Shown here piece by piece: positions 42,000-54,500 of a stretch of DNA of 64,000 nt. Position numbers and translations under genes: made by a program. The stretch covers positions 83,266,001-83,330,000 of the forward strand of contig NC_042999.1 in the NCBI RefSeq assembly GCF_006345805.1, in the 5' to 3' direction. The stretch's first letter is position 1; each line of letters opens with the position of its first letter. Source of the stretch: Octopus sinensis (lineage: Eukaryota). The notes beneath the pieces were generated by a model, which was not told where the DNA came from, made no database searches, and saw nothing but the letters and a program-made list of their open reading frames with translations.

Positions 42000-43450
42000 A
42001 ATGTTTTTTTCTCTAGCCATTTATCCAAATGTGAACATAGATGGATTTTTAAGGTGACGCCTTTTCACCCTTTACTTTTTGTCATCACTCTTTTACGAAT
42101 ATCATCGGCATCGATAAAGGTGAAAATGGGATGCAAGTTATAGAAAAATAAAAAAATGATCTTAACACGTTCATACCAGGTGTCGTTTATGGACGATTTG
42201 AAATTCTTTACAACGTTTAAAACACTACTAGAAAAAAGTTATGGAATTTAGTGTTTCAAAATATGCAGTAGTTAATAAGGAACAAGGGAAGAGGTACCGT
42301 GCAGTTGATATTGAATTATTAACTAAACGATTGGATGACTCAAGTAATGATGGTTACAAGTGCCTAGGAATTTTAGCGCTAGGTGATATATTGCACGATG
42401 CAATAAAAAAAATGTAGAAATACCTATCCGTAGAGACTAAAAGAACTCCAAGCTTCTTACGTAGAATTTGATTCTTACTGTGAGCATTTGAACTATGATA
42501 CGGTACATTGCCAACATCCTTAAGTGGATCAAGACCACAGAACAGAACAAAACAACTTATGTCAATGAAGTTATACCAAAAACAAATTTGAATGAGCTAT
42601 ACTCAAAACACAGAGCTGGAGAAAGTGTGGCAATATGTCGAGAATGAGAGGCGAACCATTATAAATAATGAGCAACATTTTACAAAAATGGGGTGAAAAA
42701 AGGAAAGACAGGATGTAATAGTTTAAATGGTATGATTCTATGGGGGAAAGAGTGACATTATCTGGGGTCATTATATGGCCAATATGAAGACAAACATCTG
42801 GGTTACAGACGGAAATGCTTTTTTTCATTGCATTTCTTCACTGATTTAAAGAGGGAAATTGAAGCACTGCTGATATCTGTTCAAGATTATGCTTTTGTTT
42901 ACTAAACCGGCGATTTGGTGGAAGTGAGAAATACCGAATTTGTGGAATTGGTGCGCAAAACGTCACCCTCATAGAAAGACCGTGCACAATGCTAGCTCAA
43001 AAAGTATGGATGACAGATGTCTGGTAAGTGGTACCAGCATTTTCCAGAAACACGTCTTGTTGACTTGATGACAGAGACAAACCTATAATATGTTAGACTG
43101 CACTTTTCAAACAGATCACAGGCTTGAATAAAACAGAGCTGACATTGAGTTCCGAGCAGAAATAGATGTGAATATTATAATATTGATGTTATCATTTGAG
43201 AAGCCAAAACATAAATTTGAAAGAAACTAGGGAAAAAAGTAACACCTAGATTAACTTGGAAATCTAAATTGTGCGAATTTGGTCAGTACTACATAACAAT
43301 ATCAAAATAATCTCTTTTGAATAGCTTTAGGCTCAGTATTCTTGAAGCCAAAAAGGTATCTTGAGTAAACAGATTTCGGAAAATGAATTATTCTTCTTCA
43401 TATGTTTGCTTTGTCGGCCAATGCACAAATACTCAGAAAAGTTGTCTAAG
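42000..43450 (+). pseudogene. Heavily decayed R4/Dong-type non-LTR retrotransposon fragment
   Basis: Manual translation across frameshifts: (Q)GDAFSP.LFVITLL, FMDDLKFF, LKREIEALLISVQD, YRICG...CTMLAQK, FQTDHRLE*NRADI, ALGSV, AQILRKVV*. Confidence 0.75.
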
Positions 43451-45131
43451 GTCCTTGTTTAGACTCAACAGGAAACAGAAGATCCCGTAGTCATCATAAG
43501 TACTATGCAAATCATAGAAATTATAATTGCATGTCTACAATAAATTCAAGGCCAATAACTCAGTATCGATTATATTGACACAAGTACGGGACTGTTAATT
43601 ACTTTTATCAATAATAGAAAGGCAAAAGGTGAAGATGACCCCGGCGGAATCTGAATTCAGAAGCTGAAAAACGCAAAACACTTTTTCCGATGTACTAGTC
43701 AACTACCACGAATAATAACTAGTGGACAGGTGGAAATTCCACGGTGTAAGCCAGCAAATATGAAAACGTTAATATATTGAACACAAGCAAGGAATTCCAA
43801 AAAATTTTTTTGAAATCCACTCATTTAATCAAAACCGTACTTTAATCGAATATAATTCGCCATCCCAGGCTCAGTCGAAGTTACTTACTAATTGAGATTA
43901 TTTTCATTTCTTTTCATTTCATTTCAGTGCGGCTACTATAGTTTGTAAACCAATTAATATATCTGCATATCTGTTGATATATCGATAAACTTACCTACAT
44001 ACGTTTCTACAACAGGCACAAGACCTGACAAGTTTTTTAGGGTTGGGGAGCTACTCAATTACATCGACCTTAGTGCTCAACTGGTACTTAGTTTATCGAC
44101 TCCGAGAAGAAGAAAGGCAAAGTCAGTCTCGGTGGAGTTTGAACACTGAACGCAAAGACGGACGAAATACTACTAGGTATTTTGTCCGACGTGACAACGA
44201 TTCTGGTTATAATTGAAATATAGATTGTATGAAAAGAAAACAAGAAAGAAACTAAGTTGCAAATTTACCGAGTGTAGAAGAAACTAAGAAAAAGAAAGCA
44301 CTTAAGAGATATAAAAATCAGCTATACTGATTCAGAAAATTGAGTGACAAAACTAAATAAAAGTTAAATTTAAAAGTACATATATTTTATTGTTTAGTCA
44401 ACGAGGTGTGCCCACGCTTCTCGCAGGGCCTCTATTGACATCTGGGGTAAAAATGAAAAGTGATATTGGTTTCGAATTATTTATAGATTCCATAAGAGTA
44501 TAAATGAAATGGAATAGCTATTACTTGGAGTAAAAGAAAACAGGTTATGAGTGTTATTTTCATTAAAATTTTACTCCAAAAGAACTACTTTCTCGGGTCA
44601 ACAAACTATTGTAAACTTATTTATCAAACAATACTAAATGAAGTATGAGGATTCTTTTCTTCACACAGTATTCAAAATTAATTGTTAAAATTAGAATATG
44701 TTAAAAATATTTGTTTACTTTGAAACTACTGTGGCTAAGAAGATTGTTATTCTTTCTTTAAAACAATAAATTTAGTCTCTCTCGCGCCTCCCACTTCCTC
44801 CGGTCATTCATTCTAAGTTTAAAGAGTTGTTACAAGTATATCGTTGAAGTTGAATTCACACTGTTTACTATATTCATAATCAAAAGACATCCAGTTTCCC
44901 CTGGTGGTTTATAATACCAAAGAAAAATTACCACTGGCAAACATGAGGAATAAAAGAATGTAAAGAAAATATGAATACGAAAACGTTTGTAATTGTCACT
45001 CTTGCATTTGTTTATCTTAGATGCAAGTATGCATAAAAAAAAATCTTTAAAAATTGGGAAATTTTTGCATGATATTTTAGCATGTTATTAAAGTAACGGG
45101 ACACACAAATGAAAATTGTCACCATTATTTC

Positions 45132-45167
<36 letters not shown>

Positions 45168-46160
45168 CAATAATATGAAACGGAGAAATAATACTATGAA
45201 CTACGCACTGTAGTTGAACACAGATGTTTTATAGATCTCAAAATTATGTTAAAAATTAGTGAGAAACAAGTCAACTATATCGAACTGATGAGAAATCTGT
45301 AGTTACGCCATCCGGATTATAACTTTAGATTTCTACCAATAAATACTAGAGCGTTTGCCTAATCAGAAGATTATAGCTACAAACTATAAAAGGTATTGTC
45401 TAAATATATAAAACAGTCAGGAATTTCAGCATGCAAGATCCTAATATGCAATACAATCTATACTTGCGCCCATGCGTCCACGTGCGCATACAGACATAAA
45501 AAAAAAAGGATTAAAGATTATGTTGCCGATATATTCTCCTCCTGGATTGAACGCCAGTCCAAGGCAAGTGTACTCATTTTTATCAGCTGAGTAACGTGAA
45601 ATGAAATGAGTTAAGAAAAATAACATTGAGTGGTTTGTTTGCATGTATTTAAATAAATAACATATAAGATTAATCTTTGATTTATTGAAATTATTTCCTC
45701 TTCCAGAGTGACCAACATTTTGGTAGTAATTCGTAATAACTCCAAATGAGAAAGGAAAGTAAGCACGCGCGAGTAAAGAATACTCCAGTGTTGATTTGCC
45801 ATTATGGGAAATACAGTCTGATTTACTGAAGACGAGAGAACCGCCGCTGATATTTGATTCCATTTCAATAGATGTCATCAGCACAGCAATTATCCCATCG
45901 CATTTTCAGCATGAAAATTTGACATATACAAAAATGGCAACATATCTATCACCTTGGTAAGCTGCATAAAGGAAACGAAAATGTGCTAAGGGAGATAACT
46001 AAGAGTGGTCAGTGGAATGTGTTTAAATAACAAAAACTAATAAGGATATATTAAATAACATGGACAATAAATTCTTTTCACACACACACACATACATACA
46101 TACATACGTACATACGTACATACATACATACATACATACATACATACATACATACATACA

Positions 46161-46192
<32 letters not shown>

Positions 46193-46969
46193 CAAACGCC
46201 TTGAACGCTTAGGTAGTTGGCGTCGTCGATCCACCTGACCACCTCTCTGGGCCTCTACGCCAGGTACCAAGTGGTGTACAAGAGTACAACGAGCATGGCC
46301 GGTAACAGGACTGCACCGTAGTAGCAGGTCACTTGCTTGTTGACGTCGAATCGTTTTGTGATAGTACAGATCTTCTTGACTTCAGCAATCTTCAAGCCGT
46401 TGGTCCAGGACTCTTCCGCATCGTCAGTTATCCAACGCTCTGCTGCCCACGACTTCCCCGTATCTTTGGTACGGGAGGCAAAATGGGTTGCTAGCACTTT
46501 CCCAATATGCCACCCCAGTTTACAGACGGAAGGGACGATTTACTCTCCTTTTAACAGCCTACTACTGATGCGGATGCCATGTGTAAGTAAGAAGAATATA
46601 TACACATACATACACACGTGCACACTGGCAGACAGACAGAAACACGTACTTACATACACATACGTACACGCAAACATATGCATATTTCTTTTATTAATGA
46701 GGTAATATTTCACAACGGTATTGGCTGTTATAGTCCCTTAGAACAATTAGGGGCCAGAAATGAAAAGTCTTAAAATTAAATTTGTTTTTAATAGGCCTTT
46801 AATTAAGAAAGTAAGGAAATAAAGAACATTAAACCTAGGGCCATAAAAAGTAATTTCCATCGCGTAATTGACATTTACATAGTATAACTGTTGATTCAGA
46901 ACCATTTGCTACAGTTTAGTTGTGAGTGAGTTCTACCTTAATCTAATGACTCTCTCTCACTATATATAC

Positions 46970-47137
46970 TCTGTCTTCCCTTCTCTGGATCTTTCCTTCT
47001 CCTATGTTTCCGACGAAGAGCTTCGCTCGAAACGTTAAACCCTCCTTCTTTCCTTCTTTCCTGAGCGTCCAATAATACTATATTTGTTCCACGTCCTCGC
47101 GTTATTGTGGTTTTTTTTTGTGCTTTCATGTTTGGAT

Positions 47138-47221
<84 letters not shown>

Positions 47222-47318
47222 CTTCTTTCCTTCTTTCCTGAGCGTCCAATAATACTTTATTTGTTCCACGTCCTTGCGTTGCTGTGTTTTTTTGTGTTTT
47301 CTTGTTTGGATTAACTTT
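46970..47318 (+). mobile_element. Penelope-type 3' terminal repeat remnant with minimal hammerhead-like motif; 3' part duplicated around a (TA)n tract
   Basis: 47006-47040: GUUU-CCGACGA-A-GAGC-UUC-GCUC-GAAACGUU-AAAC. Segment cctcc/ccttctttcc...tttggattaact occurs at about 47040-47142 and 47220-47317, each followed by TA repeats. Confidence 0.55.
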
Positions 47319-47332
47319 ATATATATACATAC

Positions 47333-47362
<30 letters not shown>

Positions 47363-47364
<2 letters not shown>

Positions 47365-50300
47365 CACAATCAAGGAACGGCCATAATAGGCCATTCACCC
47401 ACTAGAAATAACAGCCAAAGCTTCAACCGCAAATAAACATCAATTCCGTAAACCAGGAGAAAATTAAAAAAACATTTACCCTGTAATTTCTTATACGATG
47501 CACCGTTTCATCTACTGTTTAATGGTAAACTAACCTGATTAAATTAAATCAAGCCAATCTTCCATAGGCCCTTAGAATCATCAGTAAGAAATAGCCAAGT
47601 CGGAACAGATATTTTCACGAGGCATTTCCGACCCTGCCTCGGCAATATCTGACCTAAAATTTTCAAATCATCGCACTCGCGCCAAATTTATCGGCAGCAA
47701 ATAAATATAAGCCGCCGATTCCATTACGGAATTAGCCAGAAAATTCATAATTAATCAATATAGGGTGGCAAAAAATTTTGTAGAATTTTTTCGCCACCAG
47801 CGGCCTAGTGGGAAAAAATTAATAGTCATAGACCATTTTTAAGTTCAACATCACAATCAAGGAACGGCCCTAATAGGCCATTCACCCACTAGAAATAACA
47901 GCCAAAGCTTCAACCGCAAATAAACATCAATTCCGTAAACCAGGAGAAAATTAAAAAACATTTACCCTGTAATTTCTAGATGCACCGTTTCATCTACTGT
48001 TTAATGGTAACTAACCTGATTAAATTAAATCAAGCCAATCTTCCATAGGCCCTAGAATCATCAGTAAGAAATAGCCAAGTCGGAACAGATATTTTCACGA
48101 GGCATTTCCGACCCTGCCTCGGCAATATCTGACCTAAAATTTTCAAATCATCGCACTCGCGCCAAATTTATCGGCAGCAAATAAATATAAGCCGCCGATT
48201 CAATTACGGAATTAGCCAGAAAATTCATAATTAATCAATATAGGGTGGCAAAAAATTTTGTAGAATTTTTTCGCCACCAGCGGCCTAGTGGAAAAAATTA
48301 AATAGTCATAGACCATTTTTAAGTTCAACATCACAATCAAGGAACGGCATAATAGGCCATTCACCCACTAGAAATAACAGCCAAAGCTCAAACCGCAAAT
48401 AAACATCAATTCCGTAAACCAGGAGAAAATTAAAAAACATTTACCCTGTAATTTCTTATACGATGCACCGTTTCATCTACTGTTTAATGGTAAACTAACC
48501 TGATTAAATTAAATCAAGCCAATCTTCCATAGGCCCTTAGAATCATCAGTAAGAAATAGCCAAGTCGGAACAGATATTTTCACGAGGCATTTCCGACCCT
48601 GCCTCGGCAATATCTGACCTAAAATTTTCAAATCATCGCACTCGCGCCAATTTTCGGCAGCAAATAAATATAAGCCGCCGATTCCATTACGAATTAGCCA
48701 GAAATTTCATATTAATCAATATAGGGTGGCAAAAAATTTTGTAGAATTTTTTCGCACCAGCGGCCTAGTGGGAAAAAATTAAATAGTCATAGACCATTTT
48801 TAAGTTCAACATCACAATCAAGGAACGGCCATAATAGGCCATTCACCCACTAGAAATAACAGCCAAAGCTTCAACCGCAAATAAACATCAATTCCGTAAA
48901 CCAGGAGAAAATTAAAAAACATTACCCTGTAATTTCTTATACGATGCACCGTTTCATCATACTGTTTAATGGTAAACTAACCTGATTAAATTAAATCAAG
49001 CCAATCTTCCATAGGCCCTTAGAATCATCAGTAAGAAATAGCCAAGTCGGAACAGATATTTTCACGAGGCATTTCCGACCCTGCCTCGGCAATATCTGAC
49101 CTAAAATTTCAATCATCGCACTCGCGCCAAATTTATCGTAGCAAATAATATAAGCCGCCGATTCCATTACGGAATTAACCAGAAAATTCATAATTAATCA
49201 ATTAGGGTGGCAAAAAATTTTGTAGAATTTTTTTTTTTTTTTTTTTTGCCACCAGCGGCCTAGTGGGAAAAAATTAAATAGTCATAGACCATTTTTAAGT
49301 TCAACATCACATCAAGGAACGGCCATAATAGGCCATTCACCCACTAGAAATAACAGCCAAAGCTTCACCGCAATAAACACATCAATTCCGTAAACCAGGA
49401 GAAAATTAAAAAACATTTACCCTGTAATTTCTTATACGATGCACCGTTTCATCTACTGTTTAATGGTAAACTAACCTGATTAATTAAATCAAGCCAATCT
49501 TCCATAGGCCCTTAGAATCATCAGTAAGAAATAGCCAAGTCGGAACAGATATTTTCACGAGGCATTTCCGACCCTGCCTCGGCAATATCTGACCTAAAAT
49601 TTTCAAATCATCGCACTCGCGCCAAATTTATCGGCAGCAAATAAATATAAGCCGCCGATTCCATTACGGAATTAGCCAGAAAATTCATAATTAATCAATA
49701 TAGGGTGGCAAAAAATTTTTTAGAATTTTTTCGCCACCAGCGGCCTAGTGGAAAAAATTAAATAGTCATAGACCATTTTTAAGTTCAACATCACAATCAA
49801 GGAACGGCCATAATAGGCCATTCACCCACTAGAAATAACAGCCAAAGCTTCACCGCAAATAAACATCAATTCCGTAAACCAGGAGAAAATTAAAAAACAT
49901 TTACCCTGTAATTTCTTATACGATGCACCGTTTCATCTACTGTTTAATGGTAAACTAACCTGATTAAATTAAATCAAGCCAATCTTCCATAGGCCCTTAG
50001 AATCATCAGTAAGAAATAGCCAAGTCGGAACAGATATTTTCACGAGGCATTTCCGACCCTGCCTCGGCAATATCTGACCTAAAATTTTCAAATCATCGCA
50101 CTCGCGCCAAATTTATCGGCAGCAAATAAATATAAGCCGCCGATTCAATTACGGATTAGCCAGAAAATTCATAATTAATCAATATAGGGTGGCAAAAAAT
50201 TTTTAGAATTTTTTCGCCACCAGCGGCCTAGTGGGAAAAAATTAAATAGTCATAGACCATTTTTAAGTTCAACATCACAATCAAGGAACGGCCATAATAG

Positions 50301-52101
50301 GCCATTCACCCACTAGAATAACAGCCAAAGCTTCAACCCGCATAAACATCAATTCCGTAAACCAGGAGAAAATTAAAAAACATTTACCCTGTAATTTCTT
50401 ATACGATGCCCGTTTCATCTACTGTTTAATGGTAACTAACCTGATTAAATTAAATCAAGCCAATCTTCCATAGGCCCTTAGAATCATCAGTAAGAAATAG
50501 CCAAGTCGGAACAATATTTCACGAGGCATTTCCGACCCTGCCTCGGCAATATCTGACCTAAAATTTTCAAATCATCGCACTCGCGCCAAATTTATCGGCA
50601 GCAAATAAATATAAGCCGCCGATTCCATTACGGAATTAGCCAGAAAATTCATAATTAATCAATATAGGGTGGCAAAAAATTTTGTAGAATTTTTTCGCCA
50701 CCAGCGGCCTAGTGGGAAAAAATTAAATAGTCATAGACCATTTTTAAGTTCAACATCACAATCAAGGAACGGCCATAATAGGCCATTCACCCACTAGAAA
50801 TAACAGCCAAAGCTTCAACCGCAAATAAACATCAATTCCGTAAACCAGGAGAAAATTAAAAAACATTTACCCTGTAATTTCTTATACGATGCACCGTTTC
50901 ATCTACTGTTTAATGGTAAACTAACCTGATTAAATTAAATCAAGCCAATCTTCCATAGGCCCTAGAATCATCAGTAAGAAATAGCCAAGTCGGAACAGAT
51001 ATTTTCACGAGGCATTTCCGACCCTGCCTCGGCAATATCTGACCTAAAATTTTCCAATCATCGCACTCGCGCCAAATTTATCGGTAGCAAATAAATATAA
51101 GCCGCCGATTCCATTACGGAATTAACCAGAAATTCATAATTAATCAATATAGGGTGGCAAAAAATTTTGTAGAATTTGTTTTTTTTTTTTTTTTTTTTTG
51201 CCACCAGCGGCCTAGTGGGAAAAAATTAAATAGTCATAGACCATTTTTAAGTTCAACATCACAATCAAGGAACGGCCATAATAGGCCATCACACCCACTA
51301 GAAATAACAGCCAAAGCTTCAACCGCAAATAAACATCAATTTCGTAACCAGGAGAAAATTAAAAAACATTTACCCTGTAATTTCTTATACGATGCACCGT
51401 TTCATCTACTGTTTAATGGTAAACTAACCTGATTAATTAAATCAAGCCAATCTTCCATAGGCCCTTAGAATCATCAGTAAGAAATAGCCAAGTCGGAACA
51501 GATATTTTCACGAGGCATTTCCGACCCTGCCTCGGCAATATCTGACCTAAAATTTTCAAATCATCGCACTCGCGCCAAATTTATCGGCAGCAAATAAATA
51601 TAAGCTGCCGATTCCATTACGGAATTAGCCAGAAAATTCATAATTAATCAATATAGGGTGGCAAAAAATTTTGTAGAATTTTTTCGCCACCAGCGGCCTA
51701 GTGGGAAAAAATTAAATAGTCATAGACCATTTTTAAGTTCAACATCACAATCAAGGAACGGCCATAATAGGCCATTCACCCACTAGAAATAACAGCCAAA
51801 GCTTCAACCGCAAATAAACATCAATTCGTAAACCAGGAGAAAATTAAAAAACATTTACCTGTAATTTCTTATACGATGCACCGTTTCATCTACTGTTTAA
51901 TGGTAAACTAACCTGATTAAATTAAATCAAGCCAATCTTCCATAGGCCCTTAGAATCATCAGTAAGAAATAGCCAAGTCGGAACAGATATTTTCACGAGG
52001 CATTTCCGACCCTGCCTCGGCATATCTGACCTAAAATTTTCAAATCATCGCACTCGCGCCAATTTGGCGCGAGTGCGTGCCACCCTATATTGATTAATCA
52101 T
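47363..52101 (-). mobile_element. Tandem array of ~485-bp hammerhead-ribozyme units (retrozyme-like), ~9.7 copies, inserted in a (TA)n tract
   Basis: Unit starts (atcacaatcaagg) at 47363, 47850, 48330, 48811, 49306, 49790, 50274, 50755, 51257, 51744. The last unit is truncated near 52061 and followed by two short inverted pieces of the unit. (TA)n on both sides. Each unit has a type I HHR motif on the minus strand. Confidence 0.9.
47486..47592 (-). ncRNA. Type I hammerhead ribozyme, unit 1 of the array (repeated in every unit)
   Basis: Minus strand: stem I AUUUCUUA/UAAGAAAU (8 bp perfect); CUGAUGA; extended stem II (UCUA/UAGA, then 18-bp helix); GAAA; stem III ACGG-UGCA-UCGU; GUA cleavage triplet (cut between 47494 and 47493). 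One deviation: position 10.1-11.1 is U-U rather than the usual G-C. Confidence 0.8.
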
Positions 52102-52114
52102 ATATATATATATT

Positions 52115-52150
<36 letters not shown>

Positions 52151-52151
52151 G

Positions 52152-52186
<35 letters not shown>

Positions 52187-52742
52187 TTATTATATATATA
52201 ATACTATATATCTATATATTATATCCCTGTTCAAGCGAAACGAATAAGTGACATCTCGAATACGAGAGTAACCAATACTAGTGCATCTTTGGCATGGATA
52301 ACGGAATGAGAACAATCTACATAAAATCTCGGTTAAATGAGAATGCGCAAAAAGTATTTGATGCTTCCCTACTAACATCTCAGGTTCTCTTTCGGTGCTT
52401 TCTTGGAGCAAAGCAAAACCAAGTTCATCAAATGCGGGGCATTTTTTTCTTCCATACAAGACTAGTTTGAATTTTATCTTCTTCATATAAACTATGCGAC
52501 CACCCCATCCTTTATTTATTTTCTTTTTACATCTGATTAAAACGACGACTTCGAATATCGCCCATTTTGCATCGAACAAAATTACTGTTGGTCCTAATTT
52601 TATCTACGAGCCGCCACTGCACATCACTGTTTTTAAGGGACGATAAGGAGCTCCCTGATAGGTAAAATTATATGGTCATAGATGGAACGCCTTTTATTAT
52701 ATGCCATCGAAGCCGACCATTGGCACTGAACAGCAACAACAA

Positions 52743-53148
52743 GGAGGCGCAATGGCCCAGTGGTTAGGGCAGCGGACTCGCAGTCGGAGGATCGCGGTTT
52801 CGATTTAGATTCCCAGACCAGGCGTTGTGTGTGTTTATTGAGCGAAAACACCTAAAGCTCCACGAGGCTCCGGCAGGGGCTGGTGGCGACCCCTGTTGTT
52901 CTCTTTTGCTCCAACTTTCTCTCACTCTTTCTTCCTGTTTCTTATCCCCGACTTCCTACGCAACCGCTGAGTCTGGATGCGCATTCATCCATCCGTCGAT
53001 GCTCTCGGTGTCGGGGGTTGATCTGCTTTCTCTTCTGCGGGTCTTACGAATAGCAAAAGGACCACGTTTCGGACTTCTCCCACTCTGGGACGAAGACCGC
53101 TTCGCTCAACAAAAACAAACAAACAAACAAACAAGCAGCAACAACAAC
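52743..53148 (+). mobile_element. tRNA-derived SINE, family B, with (CAAA)/(CAA)n tail
   Basis: A box TGGCCCAGTGG, B box GGTTTCGATT, tRNA-like head, simple-repeat tail. Confidence 0.8.
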
Positions 53149-53366
53149 GGTAAATGTATGATCCAAGAAGGGAACTTCTGCGTAGTTACTGGTTCTGCTA
53201 GAAATAGCAGTTAAACCTCCTCCAAATCACAGTCTACTTTCCTAAAAAGAAGTTAATTACGCCCGTATTGAATAACATACATACATACATACATACATAC
53301 ATACATACATACATACATACATACATACATACATACACACATACATACATACATACATATTTTCTA

Positions 53367-53511
53367 TTTTCTATTTAATTTATGAACAAAGATAATCCTA
53401 TCAAGTCTATTACCTAAGCTGAATTAGACGATCCCATAGCGATATCAAATTTATCAGATCTAGGTTTTCTAATCCAGTAATAATCTAATAGCATAATATC
53501 CTAGAATGAGA
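53367..53511. repeat. 145-bp segment duplicated almost identically at 54806-54950
   Basis: Direct comparison shows only a few differences. Confidence 0.85.
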
Positions 53512-53819
53512 CCTAGGTGCGCTAACTATACCTGAAAAACAAAAAGACAGTATAGTCACAGCTGGAACGTCTTTGTCTCTATTTCTGCTTGTTCAGGTTT
53601 GACCTGGGGCTAAACAACAGCAGCTAAATTTAAGAGTGCATTCGTGACTCAGCAACTTTAATCATTGTTTAATACATATTTGATTTTGTTTTCCTTTTTT
53701 TTCCTACATGAAGATAAATTGTGACTGGATTTAGATATAACTTTAATTATCTTTTAACTATTTTAATTACATTAAAATGAAAACAAAAGGCAATCCATCT
53801 GTCACTCTTTCTTTTGCTT

Positions 53820-53907
<88 letters not shown>

Positions 53908-54074
53908 TTACCAGTTTGTCTCTCCTGGAAGCAAACTATAAATACATGACTAAATTCTCATGTCAATTAACTAACATTTCAGTAGCAAATCTGCAACAAA
54001 TGACTAACGAAAAAGAAACAAAGCCTTCTCACTTCCCCACCAAAAACCAAAGAATAAAGATAAAGATTTATATG

Positions 54075-54126
54075 TGCATGTGTGTGTGTGAGAGAGAGAG
54101 AGAGAGATGTGTATGTATATATATAT

Positions 54127-54189
<63 letters not shown>

Positions 54190-54500
54190 TATATATATAT
54201 TATATTATATATATATATATATAATATATATAATTTATATAGGCATACATATTTATATATATTATTACGTTATATAAATACATGCAAATATATGCTCTTG
54301 ATATGCTTCGATACATACGTGTATACACATATACATATATATATGTATGTATGTATATATATATAATATATATAATATATATATATTATATATATATATA
54401 TGTATACGCACACACCTTGATGTATGTATGTATGTATGCATAAATGCATACATGCATATGTATGTATACATGCATACATGCATGTATGTATGTAAACATG
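54075..54500. repeat. Compound GA/TA/TATG microsatellite
   Basis: Direct reading. Confidence 0.9.

Noticed and set aside
46200-46560. GC-richer segment possibly from an RTE-like LINE
   Set aside because: Only a vague C-terminal G.R.RG...RW resemblance; not enough to assign.
47400-47420. ctagaaataacagccaaa in the array unit resembling ctagaaatagcagttaaa at 53198
   Set aside because: A short AT-rich match with three mismatches; insufficient to claim shared origin.
47363-52101. Interpretation of the array as a CRISPR array, rDNA or Helitron-borne satellite
   Set aside because: No repeat-spacer pattern, no rRNA motifs and no Helitron/Helentron termini; the hammerhead fold explains it better.
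52190-52579. 129-aa minus-strand ORF beside the array
   Set aside because: No recognisable domain, TTG start, and it ends in a microsatellite; not an RT or endonuclease.
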